Of a DNA stretch of 64,000 nt, positions 1 through 12,900 are shown piece after piece. Source of the DNA: Setoptus koraiensis. Lineage: Eukaryota > Animalia > Arthropoda. The position numbers were made by a program, and so were the translations under genes. The stretch spans positions 8,866,001-8,930,000 of the forward strand of contig CM106585.1 of NCBI GenBank assembly GCA_048013815.1, read 5' to 3'. Each line of letters opens with the position of its first letter. The stretch's first letter is position 1. The notes beneath the pieces are model-generated. The model ran no database searches, was not told the origin of the DNA, and saw only the letters and a program-made list of their open reading frames with translations.

Positions 1-596
1 CCATGATGAATAGTGGGCTCTCTAGCGGCCCACGCCAGAGTAAATTGTGCAAGTGTAAATACGCGCCCACGCTGCTGCTGCCGCCGCCGCAAACATGTAC
101 AGACAGAGCAAACAACGGCAAACAAACCAAAGCAAACCGTTGCCCAGGGGGAAGGAAGTACAATAATAATAGCGTTGGTGGTCGGTTACGCAATGGGAGA
201 CACAATAAAGCCGCAGCGGACTCCATTTGTCATATCGCACCCAGCGGCCAGCCACCGAAGCTAATGCCACTGCATGCGATTTTCCCTTTTGCCGCTCCAT
301 TGCAAATTTTCGAATCTGGCTACGCTTCAAATCTGCGCCCGAATGTTTGCTGGCTGTATCGTCTCGGGCGATCGTCCAGTTTGATTTCGAGTGTCGGCGC
401 TGCAACGTGCAACATTCCTTTGGCCACATAAATCCGCGCGCGCGATCTATCGCGGCACGGAGCGGCGACGCGCCGGGTCCCGGCAACGAACGAAAACGGG
501 CACTTGGCGTCGGGCCAACAGACGCCGTCGTTGCAGCAACAGCAACAGCGACAACGACAGCACGTGACGGGGCCGCCGAGGCGCAGCAAGCGCCAA

Positions 597-676
597 TTAT
601 AGTTTTATCTGCCGACAAGAGATTGCGAGGGCGCCCCCCCGTACAACACGCCGATACTGTTTCACACTAAATGCGC
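597..676 (-). CDS. Candidate terminal exon of ephrin (GAFSVKQYRRVVRGGALAISCRQIKL*)
   Basis: CTAAC...CCCCTGTGTTCAG acceptor, phase-compatible with exon 4. Other phase-compatible acceptors exist (exons starting at 1484 or 608), so this is unresolved. Confidence 0.3.
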
Positions 677-1601
677 CTGAACACAGGGGACGAGTTAGGT
701 TGAGCCGACGGGCACGGGGCCATATTTTTCATTGTGTGCGCCTGCCAGACTTAACAGACTTAAAGCTAAGCTGTCTGTCTGGCTGGCTGGCTGGCACGAT
801 ATAAACAATCCTTGGCCCCTTTTTATAAATAATCTCTTTTCAGTTCGCTCCGGCGGCGGCGGCGGCAGAAGCGTCCGTCTGGCTGCAATTGCGTCAACGC
901 CAAATCGTTGGAGACAAACCGGCCAGAGGCGCGCGTCTTGTCGCAATCATAATCAACTCTCTCGGTAATTATTTATGATGGCTCAGGCCGAAACCGGAGC
1001 CGCACAGAGCCGCATAGAGCGGGCCCCGTCGAGTGGCCACTCCTCATCGTTTCCAATCCACTTAGTAGTGCCAATCGATCGGATTTGATTTGATCAAATG
1101 TTGTTATTTTGTGCGTGTGTGTTTGTTTTTCTCTCGCTCCAACTCTCCGGCTCGTCGCAGTGGCACCAATGGCGGGCCCCACTCACTCTGACTGGAAACA
1201 CTTGAAACGAACTCACTTAAAACACGACACAAACGCACAATGTTCGTTTGCTCGCCGACCAATGGGGCCTAAACACACATTAGCATCCATAGAAATGGCA
1301 TCGATGCGCTCTGGCGTGTCTGTCGCGAGCGCCGACAACCATTTGCACAAGAAATCCATTAGTGGGCCCGTTTTTTCGGCTCGGCTCGGCTCAACTCTGG
1401 CCAGTTGCTCGATGACGTGAACATGCCAACTGCCACTCTGTGTGTATTATGTAACTGTTACTGTTTTATTTAATTTCGGGCCCACTAGACGCGCACACAG
1501 ACAGAACAAACAAGCCAGCGATATCATGATTATTTTGTTGTATCATCGCTATATAACGCGATGTCGCGATGATATAACAACGTCACACATAGCGTACTTA
1601 C

Positions 1602-2120
1602 CGAATATGTTGTTCACGGGCCACGGGTTGTTGTTGCCGGCCTTCTTCGGGGCCGGATTGCGCCAGAAGGGCGGAAGGGGCGTGGGGAGGTATCGGGGGT
1701 CGATGGGCAGCGTCGCAAACACTTCGTCTGGTTGCTGCTGCTGCGGTTCCCTAATTGGCGATAAGTTGGGCCCATTGGCGGGCGGATATTGATGGGGCGA
1801 CTGTGCGGGCGCCGAATGAATTATGTGCTGGTGCTGATGGGGCCGCGAGTAGGGCATCATGGGCGGCGGTGGCGGGGTAACGTGCCGCACCGGATGCTGT
1901 TGTGCAGTTGTTGTGGGCGAAACCTGCGACGGGGTGGGTATCTCTTCGATGGGTAGCACGGTGGCGGGTTGCTGTTGGCGCATGTCCACGCCACCCATGT
2001 GATCCTGATTCGACGGGGCCGATATCGGAACCATCGGCTGGCTGTTGGCCGCCATGGCCGGATGTGGCTGATACTTTGGTTTGATGGTGTAGTTTATGTT
2101 GGACGTTCGCGTGGAAAAGC
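1602..2120 (-). CDS. Ephrin: Ephrin, coding exon 4 (P/Q-rich region ending PPFWRNPAPKKAGNNNPWPVNNIF)
   Basis: CAG|GC TTT TCC is in phase with exon 3 and joins ORF 1549..2055. Donor G|GTAAGT at 1601. Confidence 0.75.
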
Positions 2121-2126
2121 CTGCTT

Positions 2127-2187
2127 GCGATATTGAGGCGATATTGAGGCGATATTGAAGCGATATTGAAGCGATATTGAAGCGATA
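2127..2187. repeat. 11-bp tandem repeat (GCGATATTGAR) x5.5 at the 3' end of ephrin intron 3
   Basis: Read directly; starts 6 nt from the acceptor. Confidence 0.95.
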
Positions 2188-2281
2188 GAGAGCGTTCGAG
2201 TGGGCCGATTAGAAGCGGATAATTGGGCCGGACAGATAGATGAGATAGAGTAATGACAGATAGATGTCGCTGCACACTTAC

Positions 2282-3005
2282 CTGGTTGGCCGTTGTAGCC
2301 CGTGGAGTATCGCGTGTTTGGCAACTGATTGGATGGCATGGTGGATATTGTGTAATGCGTTTGCTCGCTCGGCCACGGTTTGCCGGCCTGCTTGGCCTGC
2401 GAATCGAAATTGGCGGGCTCCTTCTGGGGGCCCCTGTGCGGCTGCTGCTGCTGCTGCTGTTGGCCGAGCAACAGCGACGAGAAGCTGGTTGAGTTAGCGG
2501 CCAGCGTCAACCTGTCCGCGTTGCCCGCCGCCGGTTGCAGGGGCGCCGCTTTCTGGGCTTGCCGCTTGGCGCCGTCTGCCGACAATGCGGGCGACAAATT
2601 GAGGGGCCCCGCTGAGGCCAGGCTGGCGTCAGACGACGACGAGCCACTGGACAATAGTGTGGACAGCGAGGGCGTGGATGAGGGGGGCGGCTTGCAGCAC
2701 ACCTTGAATATAACTTTCATGTTGTGCTCTTTGCATGGACTAAAACGCTTATCACTGTCACCGTTTTGGCCGGCCAATGTGGATATAAAATAGTAATCTT
2801 GGCCCGGCTTAAACTCTAATCCGCGCGGTTGCGGCGTGAAAGATCTAAATGTAACTGTGAAATATTTGCTCTTGTTGTTTTGTGATTGTTGCGCCGAGGC
2901 CGTGCTAGTGGCCGACGACGCTTGTTGCTGCTGGGCATCACAGACGGCGATTATCCGGGGGGTATCGTTGATGATCCGGCACATGTCGTACTCCTCCTTG
3001 GACAC
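2282..3005 (-). CDS. Ephrin: Ephrin, coding exon 3 (rest of the receptor-binding domain plus S/P/Q-rich linker)
   Basis: CAG|GTG TCC AAG gives VSKEEYDMCRI...VCD...YFTVTFRSFTPQPRGLEFKPGQDYYFIST...CKEHNMKVIFKVCC, with the conserved Cys residues and G-H loop. Donor G|GTAAGT at 2281. Confidence 0.95.
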
Positions 3006-3021
3006 CTGATGGGCGACATTC

Positions 3022-3085
3022 GGGTATGATGTGACATGGGTACGATGCGACATGGGTACGATGTGACATGGGTATGGTGTGACAT
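3022..3085. repeat. 16-bp tandem repeat (GGGTAYGATGTGACAT) x4 at the 3' end of ephrin intron 2
   Basis: Read directly; 16 nt from the acceptor. Confidence 0.95.
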
Positions 3086-4610
3086 ATCGACAAGATGTGA
3101 TGCGGGATAAGTTGACGGGAAACGGGGTTAATTAATGGGATACGGGGTTAATTAATGGTCGCGAAGTGAGTCGCCGGCGATAGGTGGGCCGCGGCCGATT
3201 TTCGCGGCAGATGCGGCCCCATCGTTCGGTCATGAATATTCATCGGAGGCGCAACAATGAAGAGAAAACTTGTATGAATTATGGCCTGTGCCGGCGGCTT
3301 AATGAGCCCCGTTGAGCCAAATGGCCCAGTTAAGTGCCGGTGCCAGCGACGGCACGGCAATGGCATACGGCCCGAATGGGCGCAGTTGCTCTGATTTGCA
3401 TCACATCACATCACTAATGGCAGTATTAGGTAATCAAGATCGGCGTAATGACGGCGTTACGGTCAAATGAAAATGGTGTGACTCAATCTCGACAATTATC
3501 CAGTGCCAAAATCGCGTCAGTTTGGCTCGCGCTCGCGCTGGGCGAAACAATCGCAAAACTGGGCCAACTTTTTCCAAATCCGACGAATGGGCCCACGGCA
3601 AACGTTGGCCCATTCAGTTCGTTGTTGTTAAAAAACGCCAATCTACACACAAAATGAGACACACACACACACACACTCTCGCTTGGTCGGTCGTGAGAGG
3701 CGTTTGTTTTCAGTGGCCAAGTGGGCTCATTTGCATAATGGCCACCAGCATCCATCCACACATTTGAGAATATTAAACAATTTCATGTAATAGTTACGTA
3801 ATAATAATAATAATATTATTATTTTATTCATCACTGTCGCCGTGATGGTCGGCGTCGTCGTTGTTGGCGTTGTTGACGCTCGTTGTTGCGCCGCAATTGG
3901 CATGACAGCGCCAACGGAGCGAGTAGGCGACTCGACAAAAAAGAATCGCAAACATTTTTTAGCCAGCGATACAAAGCGATATAAAGCGATATAAAGCGTT
4001 GCAAAGAGCCGTATAAAGAGCCATATAAAGAGCATAGAGTTGCCGTTAACAATAAATACAGCCAGACAGCACAATGGCCGATACACAATGACAAGTGCAC
4101 GACGACTAGACGTGATGAGCCGCCGGTGCCACTAGCTAGTTGTTAATTCATTTTTTGTCCCCTCCGTTCGACGGTCTTGGCGAGCGAGTAGCGAAGAGAA
4201 ATTTCTCTTTTCCCTTCTCTCTGGTCGCTTTTCTCTTTGCTCTTTCGCGCAACAACAACAACAACAACAACAACAGCTCGCCAGACTCGACAATGACACC
4301 GACGAGACACACCGACGAGACACACCGACGAGACACACAGCGAGAGATATGACCGACACGATCTAGATCTTGGCGCAACGCAGCGGCGATAATCTTTTTG
4401 CTGGGATCTCGTAATCTCGTTTATTTCATCTCCTATAAGCCGTGTCGCGCGCTTACCGGCCCACTGATAATGGATGGCTCGCTGGACGGTCGCTGGCTGG
4501 CTGGCTGGCAGCGAGTGTCAAGTTACATTCGGGTCGGCCCGTCGTTGTCGAGCGGCCGCCAGATTGCGCCCGATTAAAGCCGCCGGGACGATGGCGGAGA
4601 GCGCGGCGTT

Positions 4611-4614
<4 letters not shown>

Positions 4615-4659
<45 letters not shown>
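4615..4659. repeat. (AC)~22 microsatellite
   Basis: Read directly. Confidence 0.98.
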
Positions 4660-4662
<3 letters not shown>

Positions 4663-6236
4663 GATGCAAATGAGAGCCAACTCGAACAATGGCGGCCAGC
4701 CGCTCGGGCCGCCACAAGCACGAGGGGCGCGGTTCAGGCGGTGCACGGTGTCACGGGCAAAAGCACTGATGGTGTGATTACGCAACCGGCCAACAATGAG
4801 CACAACCAGACAATACAAATGCAGCAATCATGCTGAAATAAAACACTATGCAACGGGGCATTGTTTGGCCCCTGTGTGCCGGCATGCCAAAACTGAGAAA
4901 ACTGATACCACTGTTACCACTTCCTATTGCCCGTTGCCCGTCGCCCGTTGCCCATTTCCAGAGCCGCCGTCCAAAGCTAGTGTCGTTGCTGTTGCGTCAC
5001 ACAAACAATACTTGATGATGGCCAGAGCGAACGCTATGTAAGAGTTATGTAAGAGTTATGTAAGAGAGAGCGTGATTTATGACGGTCACAGTGAGACAAA
5101 CGCGTGCTGAAAAATGGCCCCGCTCGCTGGCCCCAACTGCAGCTGCCAGTCTGACAGTTGTTGCAATTGTTTCCCGTTGCCACTCGGACATACCCAGCTC
5201 TGTAATGTCTGGAGCTGGACATATCCAGGTCCAGACATTACATTTGGCGCTGTTGCTGACGTTTGGCGTGGCGTGCCGCTCGACGGGTCGGCAATATCTG
5301 CCAGCACTCAACTGGCGATAATATCCAACGATATCCGACGACACCCACCAATATTCAACGTATGGCTGACAGCGACAGCCGTATCTGGCAGCGATATTCG
5401 AGCGAGTCCGGCCAGAGCTATTCGAGCCGAGCAGAGGCCCCGCGGCTCTTGTCGGGCCGATTGAATTGAATTAATGCCACACACACGCACGCTGTATTTA
5501 CACTTGATTGAATATTAATTAACCTGACGCTTGATTGGCGGCTGCTGTTGCCTTGGCAACCAAATCTGATCGACGCAGCCAGCGCTGCTGAGAAGCACGC
5601 CGACAAGAGCAACCACTACTCCTCTAAATATTACTATGACTACTCATCTAAATATTTGCCGAATAGCTCATGTCTCATGTGAGCGTCAATCAAATTGCAT
5701 CACACATCACGCCATATCATGCGTAATATAATACATGTATTATATCGTATTATATTAGATTAGGCCAGCCAGATCACCTGTCACTTTAGCAAGTTTATCA
5801 AGCCAGCCAGCCGATGTTACATAACTGGCTGCTGCTGCGTCGCTACTACTGTTATCTCGCACTTTCAACTATGTCACCATGAATACATAATAAGCAGCCA
5901 TCTATTTAGCTGCTGCCGTTGCTTGCTTTATCTCACGCGATCTCTAAATGTGTGTGTGTGTGTCTGAACATACTGACGGCGAGCTAGTTTGGCAAACACG
6001 GGGTCACGTTGGCTGACATGGCCTAACTATCTGATATCTGCACTTTTCGTACACTGCAAACGACGACGACGACGACATCTTTTCCATCCCGTCTCATCCC
6101 GTCTCATCTCGGCTCGTCTCATCTCGTCTAATATATAAATAAATATTACATAATAATAATGCACTCTCATCATCATTGCCTATTTTGCATCGCACCGCTA
6201 TCTAGGCCGCCCGCTGCCCAGATAGCGGGCCAGCGC

Positions 6237-6252
6237 GCACCAGAGGGCGCCA
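6237..6252 (+). promoter_or_regulatory. CTCF-like motif GCACCAGAGGGCGCCA
   Basis: One mismatch to CCRCYAGRKGGCGC; in ephrin intron 2 near exon 2. Confidence 0.3.
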
Positions 6253-6585
6253 GTGGCACCTTGCCTTATCGATGGAGGCCATCTCGTCGGCGGTGTTTGT
6301 GGCCACTCGACGCAGCCCGAATCGGCCCGAAACAGCCCGAAACCGCTCGTAAGGCCCCCAACGCGGCCCGAAACGCCCCGGCGACGTATATGGTTACGTG
6401 GGGGCCGCTCGAAGAAAGTTGGCCACACTTTCGGGCCTAAAAATAGCTACGTTGTAGCGATAGACGGCGAGCGCAAACATAAGCGATTCGGCAAGCTTCA
6501 AGTGTCGCGCTCGCCAAGATCATTAATCATTGTCATTTACAATAATAATTGCGAAATAATGATAATTGTTTGTGTGTCTACTTAC

Positions 6586-6760
6586 ATTGTAAATGATGTA
6601 GCGCTCTTGCTCGCTGCTGGTTTGTTGATCCGTGGGCGTGCCATTCGGGAAAATTGACTGTCGGGGCGGCTGGGGGCAAACAATGTCCACTTGATCGTAG
6701 TCGAACATTTGAGCGTTCTTGTTCACATCGAATATGTGGTCGGTATTATCTATGCGAAAT
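6586..6760 (-). CDS. Ephrin: Ephrin, coding exon 2 (FRIDNTDHIFDVNKNAQMFDYDQVDIVCP...ERYIIYN)
   Basis: CAG|A TTT CGC completes the AT of exon 1 to give NPIFRIDNTDHIFDVN, the arthropod ephrin motif. Ends AAT|GTAAGT, phase 0. Confidence 0.93.
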
Positions 6761-6807
6761 CTGTTTCGCGTAACGTGTTTGTTTTTCGGGCGATATTTCG
6801 ATCAGAA

Positions 6808-6896
6808 ATTTCGACAGTTCACCAAGTTCGGCCGCGATTTCGGCGTTGATTTCGACAGTTCGCCGTGTTCGACAGCGATTTAGGCGTCGATTTCGA
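6808..6896. repeat. 41-bp tandem duplication (~2 copies) near the 3' end of ephrin intron 1
   Basis: ATTTCGACAGTTC at 6808 and 6849; GCGATTT.GGCGT.GATTTCGA at 6834 and 6875. Confidence 0.85.
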
Positions 6897-7768
6897 GAGA
6901 TTTGATTGCGGTCGCGGCATCGGCAGGCCAAGGTGTCCGGGGTGAAGGTGATCGTTGTTGGCGGCATCCGAGCGCGATATCCGAGCGCGGTTTTGTTGAT
7001 CGAGCCGACATGATGAATTGCAGTGGCGGCACAACAAGTGAACAATTTAATTCAATATGTGAAATGTGTAAATTATTATTATTATGTAACCGGAGTCCAT
7101 TAGCGGCAATATTAGTGTGTGTGTGTTCATTGGTTGATTGCGCAAGCGGTGGTTGGTTTGCACAGGCGACAGGCCGGACAGGCAAACAAGATGGATGGCG
7201 AGCGAGCGCAATGGATTGAAATATTGTAAAGAATATGATAAAGAATGGACCAAGATAAAGCAAAGATTGGGAGAGAATAAAGAAGGGATTGAATGTGATT
7301 AATATTAGCATTCAATTTCATTGCAAGTGCCGAATGGCGAGTGGCCAGACGCGACAGGCGACGGGCGACAGGCGAGAGGCGCGAGAGAGATTAATAACGA
7401 GTGGCTCGCATATCGCCTGAGAGGGCATTATTGTTACGTAATTTGTTGTATTGTAAGTGTGTGTGTGTGTGTGTTGTAATCTGAGATTTATCTCTCTTTC
7501 TCTTTGCGTTGTCTAGCCACTCGCAGGCGGCCGGCCAAGGATATCGAGTGAGCCGAATGGGAACGGCCGGCCGGCCAGCCGGAGTTAATCAGCCTGTCAC
7601 TCAATCAATCTTTACCGTTGCCAGCTCGGGCCGGCTCACTGGTTTTATCACATCAGTGCCGAGCATAATCACTTTTGAGCGCCCATTCCGACAGCTCGCC
7701 ATACGCCGACCATTTTCTGCGGCCGGCCGAGCGAGGGCAATTTGCAATTGTGGCCACCGATTGACCCG

Positions 7769-7853
7769 CTCTCGCCGCTTGTCCGCTCTCGCCGCTTGTC
7801 CGCTCTCGCCGCTTGTCCGCTCTCTCTGTTTGTCCGCTCTCTTTGTTTGTCCG
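7769..7853. repeat. 17-bp tandem repeat (CTCTCGCCGCTTGTCCG) x5
   Basis: Three identical and two diverged copies. Confidence 0.95.
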
Positions 7854-9591
7854 CTCACCTGGCCGCTCGCTCGCTGTTTGTCCGCTCAGTGGCGCGCCGG
7901 ACGGGCCGGCGAGCCACACAATGGCCAGACAATGCGGCCGACGGTCGGCAGTCGAGCGGCCGGTGGCGCTCATTTGACACACGCACGCCAGACGGTTGTT
8001 TATTGGATAATATCATTTATGAGTAATGATTATGGGTGGCTTTCCATTCATTCGGCCGTTTCGATCGGACGCTGGCGGCCCACACTGGAATGGCTTTCAA
8101 TTTCGGCCGACACATTCAAACATCCCGGCGCTGACTCGACACTTTGACGACGTATCAATTGGCGCCCCTCGGCCCCAAATGGCCAGATGAAAACATTAGA
8201 TTTCCATTAGGCGGCGGCGCCATTCAATTACAGCGAGCCAATGCTCAATGTGAGCGGCGGCGGCGGCATCACATTGAATCTTGCCCGCTCACAATGTTCA
8301 ATTCAATGTTATGTAATGTTATGTAATGCGATGTAATGCTATGTAATGCCTTGTGTGTATGTGCCCATTACACGACTCGCAAGACTCGCACCACTCACAC
8401 ATAGATGATTCATGGGCACAACTTTGCGCACAATTGTCGCCTGTCGTGTTCGCACAATAATCTTTTTCATCGGCCGTGGGGCCCCGCGCGAACAAACATT
8501 TGAAACATTTTAAATTCCTCGCCTAGCTCCGTGTGAGTGTTTGCCGAGCTCACGAGTGCGGCCCCGTTGGCTGGCCACTGTTTGGCGGCGGCGCAACTCG
8601 GGCATCTCTGTGTCGGCGGCGCTGTTAGTAGCTACTTTCACGCTTCGATTGCGGCTCGTTCTTTTCGCTTCTTTTCTTCGCTTCTTTTCTTCGCTTCTTT
8701 TCGTTTCTTTTCTTCGCTTTTCTTTCTTTGCACGGCGAAATTTCTCCGTTCGTTTCATTCAGCATCTTCTTTTTGGCCGCTGCACGGCGCATTTGCTGCG
8801 CCGTGCAGTGTAGTATGCAACAGAAATTTCGGCGACAACGACGAAACTGGTGCGAGTGAGCGTCCCATTAACAACAGATTCAATTATAAGTCCAACAGTC
8901 GGCAATCATATCATCTTCGTCCTATCGTTTTGTGCCATTTTTCGCCGGCCCAATGGCTGCGTAACAGCGTTCGCCGGGCCACGACAATCGGCGGGCGCGC
9001 GTGACAATTGTCTCATTCTGTCTGCCCATTGTCGGTGCAGCTAGCGGCAAATTTGGAGAACGTTTGGCGAATTCGGCCCACAGAGGCGAACAAGCAGCGC
9101 GATTCGCCCGGCCGGCCGCGACATAGCCGCGACGTGGCCGCCATACAGCCGCGATACAGCAGCGATGTAGCCGCGCGACGAACAACTTGTTACGAATATC
9201 TCGTCGAAATACAAATTTCTGGACGAATTATGTTCGCCAGAAACTGGCTTCGCTGGCACGATCGGGCGAGCAAATATTTATAGAAGATATTCGCTTGGCT
9301 GGCAGCGCGGCCGCTCTGGCGGCAGCCAGTATCCAGTCGCTTGCAGTCATTTGCATACGAGCCATCCTATATCGGCCGCTAATCCGAGCGTTGGTCGTGG
9401 CATTAAATTGCCATAACAACGACAGAAACAACAACAATTTTGCCACATTAATTAATTAGTGCAAGTGCGTGCGTGCATGACAATGGCTCATGTTTTCGTC
9501 GTCGTTTGTGTCGGGCCAAAAAGTGGACAGAGATTAATTACAGCGCGGCGCGGCAACTATCCCATGCTCTCCACCTGTCACCTGGCTGGCC

Positions 9592-9741
9592 GTCGTCGTT
9601 GTTGTCGCTGTCGTTGTTGCTGTTGCTGTCGTTGTTGCTGTCGTTGTCGCTGTCGTTGTTGCTGTCGTTGTTGCTGTCGCTGTCGTTGTTGGCGTTGTCG
9701 TTGTTGCAGCCGCGACAGCAACAACAACGACAGCAACGACA
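9592..9741. repeat. Compound GTT/GCT/GTC array followed by its complementary CAA/CAG/GAC array
   Basis: Read directly. Confidence 0.9.
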
Positions 9742-9944
9742 CTGTCGCGAGTCGCGACAAACAAACGCATAAAAAATGAAACGAACAACGACTAATGATA
9801 ACGTTGCCTAATGACGACTCTAATTGGTGCATTGCATGCGCAATTATGCTCATTGTTTTGCCTTTGTCGTCGTTCTTCGCTCGCCTCTCGCTTCTCGGCG
9901 CCTTCTTTTGGGCGCTTCTTTATTCTCTTGATTACTCGCTCGCG

Positions 9945-9948
<4 letters not shown>

Positions 9949-9990
<42 letters not shown>
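9949..9990. repeat. (CA)21 microsatellite
   Basis: Read directly. Confidence 0.98.
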
Positions 9991-9992
<2 letters not shown>

Positions 9993-12900
9993 AGCAAGCA
10001 ACCAGCAAGCAACCAGCAAGCATACAATTAAAACAATGATACCAGCCTCACTCGCACCAGCCTATAACGCAAACGAATTGAATTAGACAAATTATAATAG
10101 TGCATGTCAGCCAGCATTCGCCAAGCGCACTAATGACCCTAGCTCAAGTGTCAATTCTAACACCATGGCCGGCTCATTTCCACCCGTTTCCTGCCGCCGC
10201 AACGCCCAGCCAACCAACCGTCATTACAACATTGTTTGGCATTTAACTGCAATTAGACAACTGCAACAGATTTCATTTTATACAATGAAATCTAAACTAT
10301 AATCGGACCATAATCATTCTCTGTCAGCTGCCGGTGGCCGGCCGAAGCGAGCCGAACGCGCCCCCGTCGGCCCATTCCGACGGCCACTGTCGCAGCCAAC
10401 GAATGGACTTTCGCGGCTTCTCTTCGAAGCCACTCAGGTGCCAACTGCCGGCCGAACATATGGCTCGCATCGCGACTGTCACTGTTGGCCCGAACGCTGC
10501 AACAGCATTCCAGCGTCTATTTTGGGCCCGCCATCGGCTGGCGCGATCCTCGAAACTTTTGTGCGTCTCGGCCCAAGTCTCTCTAGAAGTCTGCGCGAAA
10601 TAGGTATTATAGCGACGCGCGGTCCGCCGCCAAGTCCCCGCCTCGCTGGCAAGTGCCACTTCCGGCCCACGCCTCAGGCTTGCTTGCCGCCAGTGGGCGC
10701 CGCGCGACATGAAAGGACGAAAAAAATCCGTATTCGTATCCGACGCCTGCCGGCCGGTCGCCCGTCGGCCGCCCGTCAGAGAGCCGGGCTGAGGTGCCCC
10801 AGTGACAGCGCGCACTGATTTGTGGGCCGCTCGAATTGAAACTTTCAACTTTGCGCCAGGCAGCGCAACAATGAATGGCAGTGACTGGCGAGTGGCACGA
10901 GCACGAAATTGTTTGAATTGTGAGAAAAAAGCAGCCGGCCAAAAACCAGCCAAGCAGTGAGTGTTTGCGCGCGTCGGGGGCCCCCCGAATTCATTCGAAC
11001 TCGACCGAATTCATTGAAACTCGGCCGAACTGGCGGCATCGATTGTTTGGTTTTCTGGCTGGCTGTCTGGTCGGCTTGTTTGTTTGTACGCTGGCTCGCC
11101 GAGCACGTCATGCACGACACGCCGACCAGACTGTGCGCTTATTGCCAGAATTAGCATTGAATTTGTGCGGCACGCGGGGCCCCAAAGCCGCCGCTATCAT
11201 GGCACGACAAACACGACGAGATGATGAATTTTCAGACAGAGCGAGAGCACTTTGAGCGTCAAAAACTTATGTTTGCACAATGTCAAACAACGCGACAGAC
11301 ATAAAACACGCAGTTACACGAGTGTCACCTGGCCCGGCTTGGGGCCCCATTTCGGCTGCCAGCGACCGCTACGAGCGCAATGGACGTGCCCTAAACCGCA
11401 TGCCACTGTACCAACATTAATACAAATATACACATACACGCATACAAATATATCTGGCGGGCCTCTCGAAATAAATTCATCATGTCGAGCCGCCGCGTCT
11501 GGGCCTACGAAGCTACGTGATTATTTGTGGCCATTGGGCAACATTTGCCCACTCGGAATCGCTCACTCGGGCGGCCCAATTTGAATGGGGGCCGGCCACT
11601 CAAGCGGGCGACATTTTGCAAAGAGAGTCTGCCAAGAGTGTCACTCAATGGGGCCGCTCGGTGGCCGTAGAGCGCCCACGAGCGGCAAACTAAATTAATT
11701 TTATCTCGCCCCATCGCCCATTGTGTGCGCCCATTGCCCGAGTTGCCCGCGAGTTGCTAGCCAACAGCGGCTAGACAGCCGGCCGGGCGCTGGGGCTGCA
11801 ATGGCTCGCGGTCGGTCGGGCAATTGGGACAGTTTGCGCAAAGCAAACACGCCAACACACAACAAGCGACAACTTAATCTCCCCCAGCTCCCCTGTTGGA
11901 GGGGCTCTGCTTGGCTCGGCGCGGATCGGATCGGTCGGCTCAGTGCGGCTCGGATCGGCCCTTCGCTGGGGTGCTATTAAATTCTATCGCAGCCAGCAAA
12001 CGGATAATGTGCCAGCCAGAGAGAGGGGCGAGCTGCTGGCGATCAATCATGCGATGACTCGTCTTGTGCATGTCCTACGCCGGGGCCCGACGCCCCCTGG
12101 TGCCAGTTGAGCGGCGGCGGCGGCGCAACAATAATATTATAGTGATAATATTATTATCACTTTCAATAATCTATCCACCTACGGCTTTTATGGGTTGCTG
12201 TGCCGTAATGTACGCGCCAACTTTTATGGGCGCCCATTTAGGCGGCCCGCCGGCCCGCCAGCCAGCCGGCCAGCCAGGTCCCCCAGCCCGGCAAACAGAG
12301 CCCAACAGACTGCTCGTGTGCCCAACAGAGCTCGGCGTGTATAAACATCAAGATGGATTGGGCCAGTATTAATAGTATTTATTGTGCGTTTGGCGTACAC
12401 TGGGCCTCGAGTGGCCGACCGTAATTCATAAGTATGCCGGCAGCGCTCGCGGTGATCGATCCGTTCACAAGTGCCCCAAAGTGATCCGATTTCATTGTTG
12501 GCCGCTCGAGATATTTCCCGTTTGACAAACTAACCAAAAGCGAGCCACAACTGGCCAGAAATAAGCGAGAAAGCGAGCCAGAAACAAGAGAATGCGAGCC
12601 ACAAAGTTGGCCCCAGAGTGTGTGTGCGGTGAGTGCAAATATTTGCCCAGCGCCGGCCATTCACTTAACTTTTCACCCAATTACCAATTCGCCAATCGGC
12701 GGCGCATTGCCGGCCAGGCCCCAATTGGCCAATGCCCGTTAACTCGTAACTAGCGGCCGGGCACAAGTTACAAGCCGCGAGCTCGCGCTCAAAACAGCGC
12801 CGCTCGGTCAAAACTCGGCTCACTAAATCGGAATGGTCACACCGCCGGCGCCCGCAATTGGGCACAATCGCCCGTTGGGCTGGCCCCCCACATGACATAT

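Noticed and set aside
60-185. Minus-strand frame giving IIVLPSPWATVCFGLFAVVCSVCTCLRRR, resembling an ephrin TM plus stop-transfer
   Set aside because: In-frame stop immediately upstream and no AG acceptor between that stop and the hydrophobic stretch; arises from CAAA-rich repeats.
9459-10086. Cys-, Thr- and His-rich ORFs (CRCRCC..., THTHTH...)
   Set aside because: Translations of microsatellites, not metallothionein-like genes.
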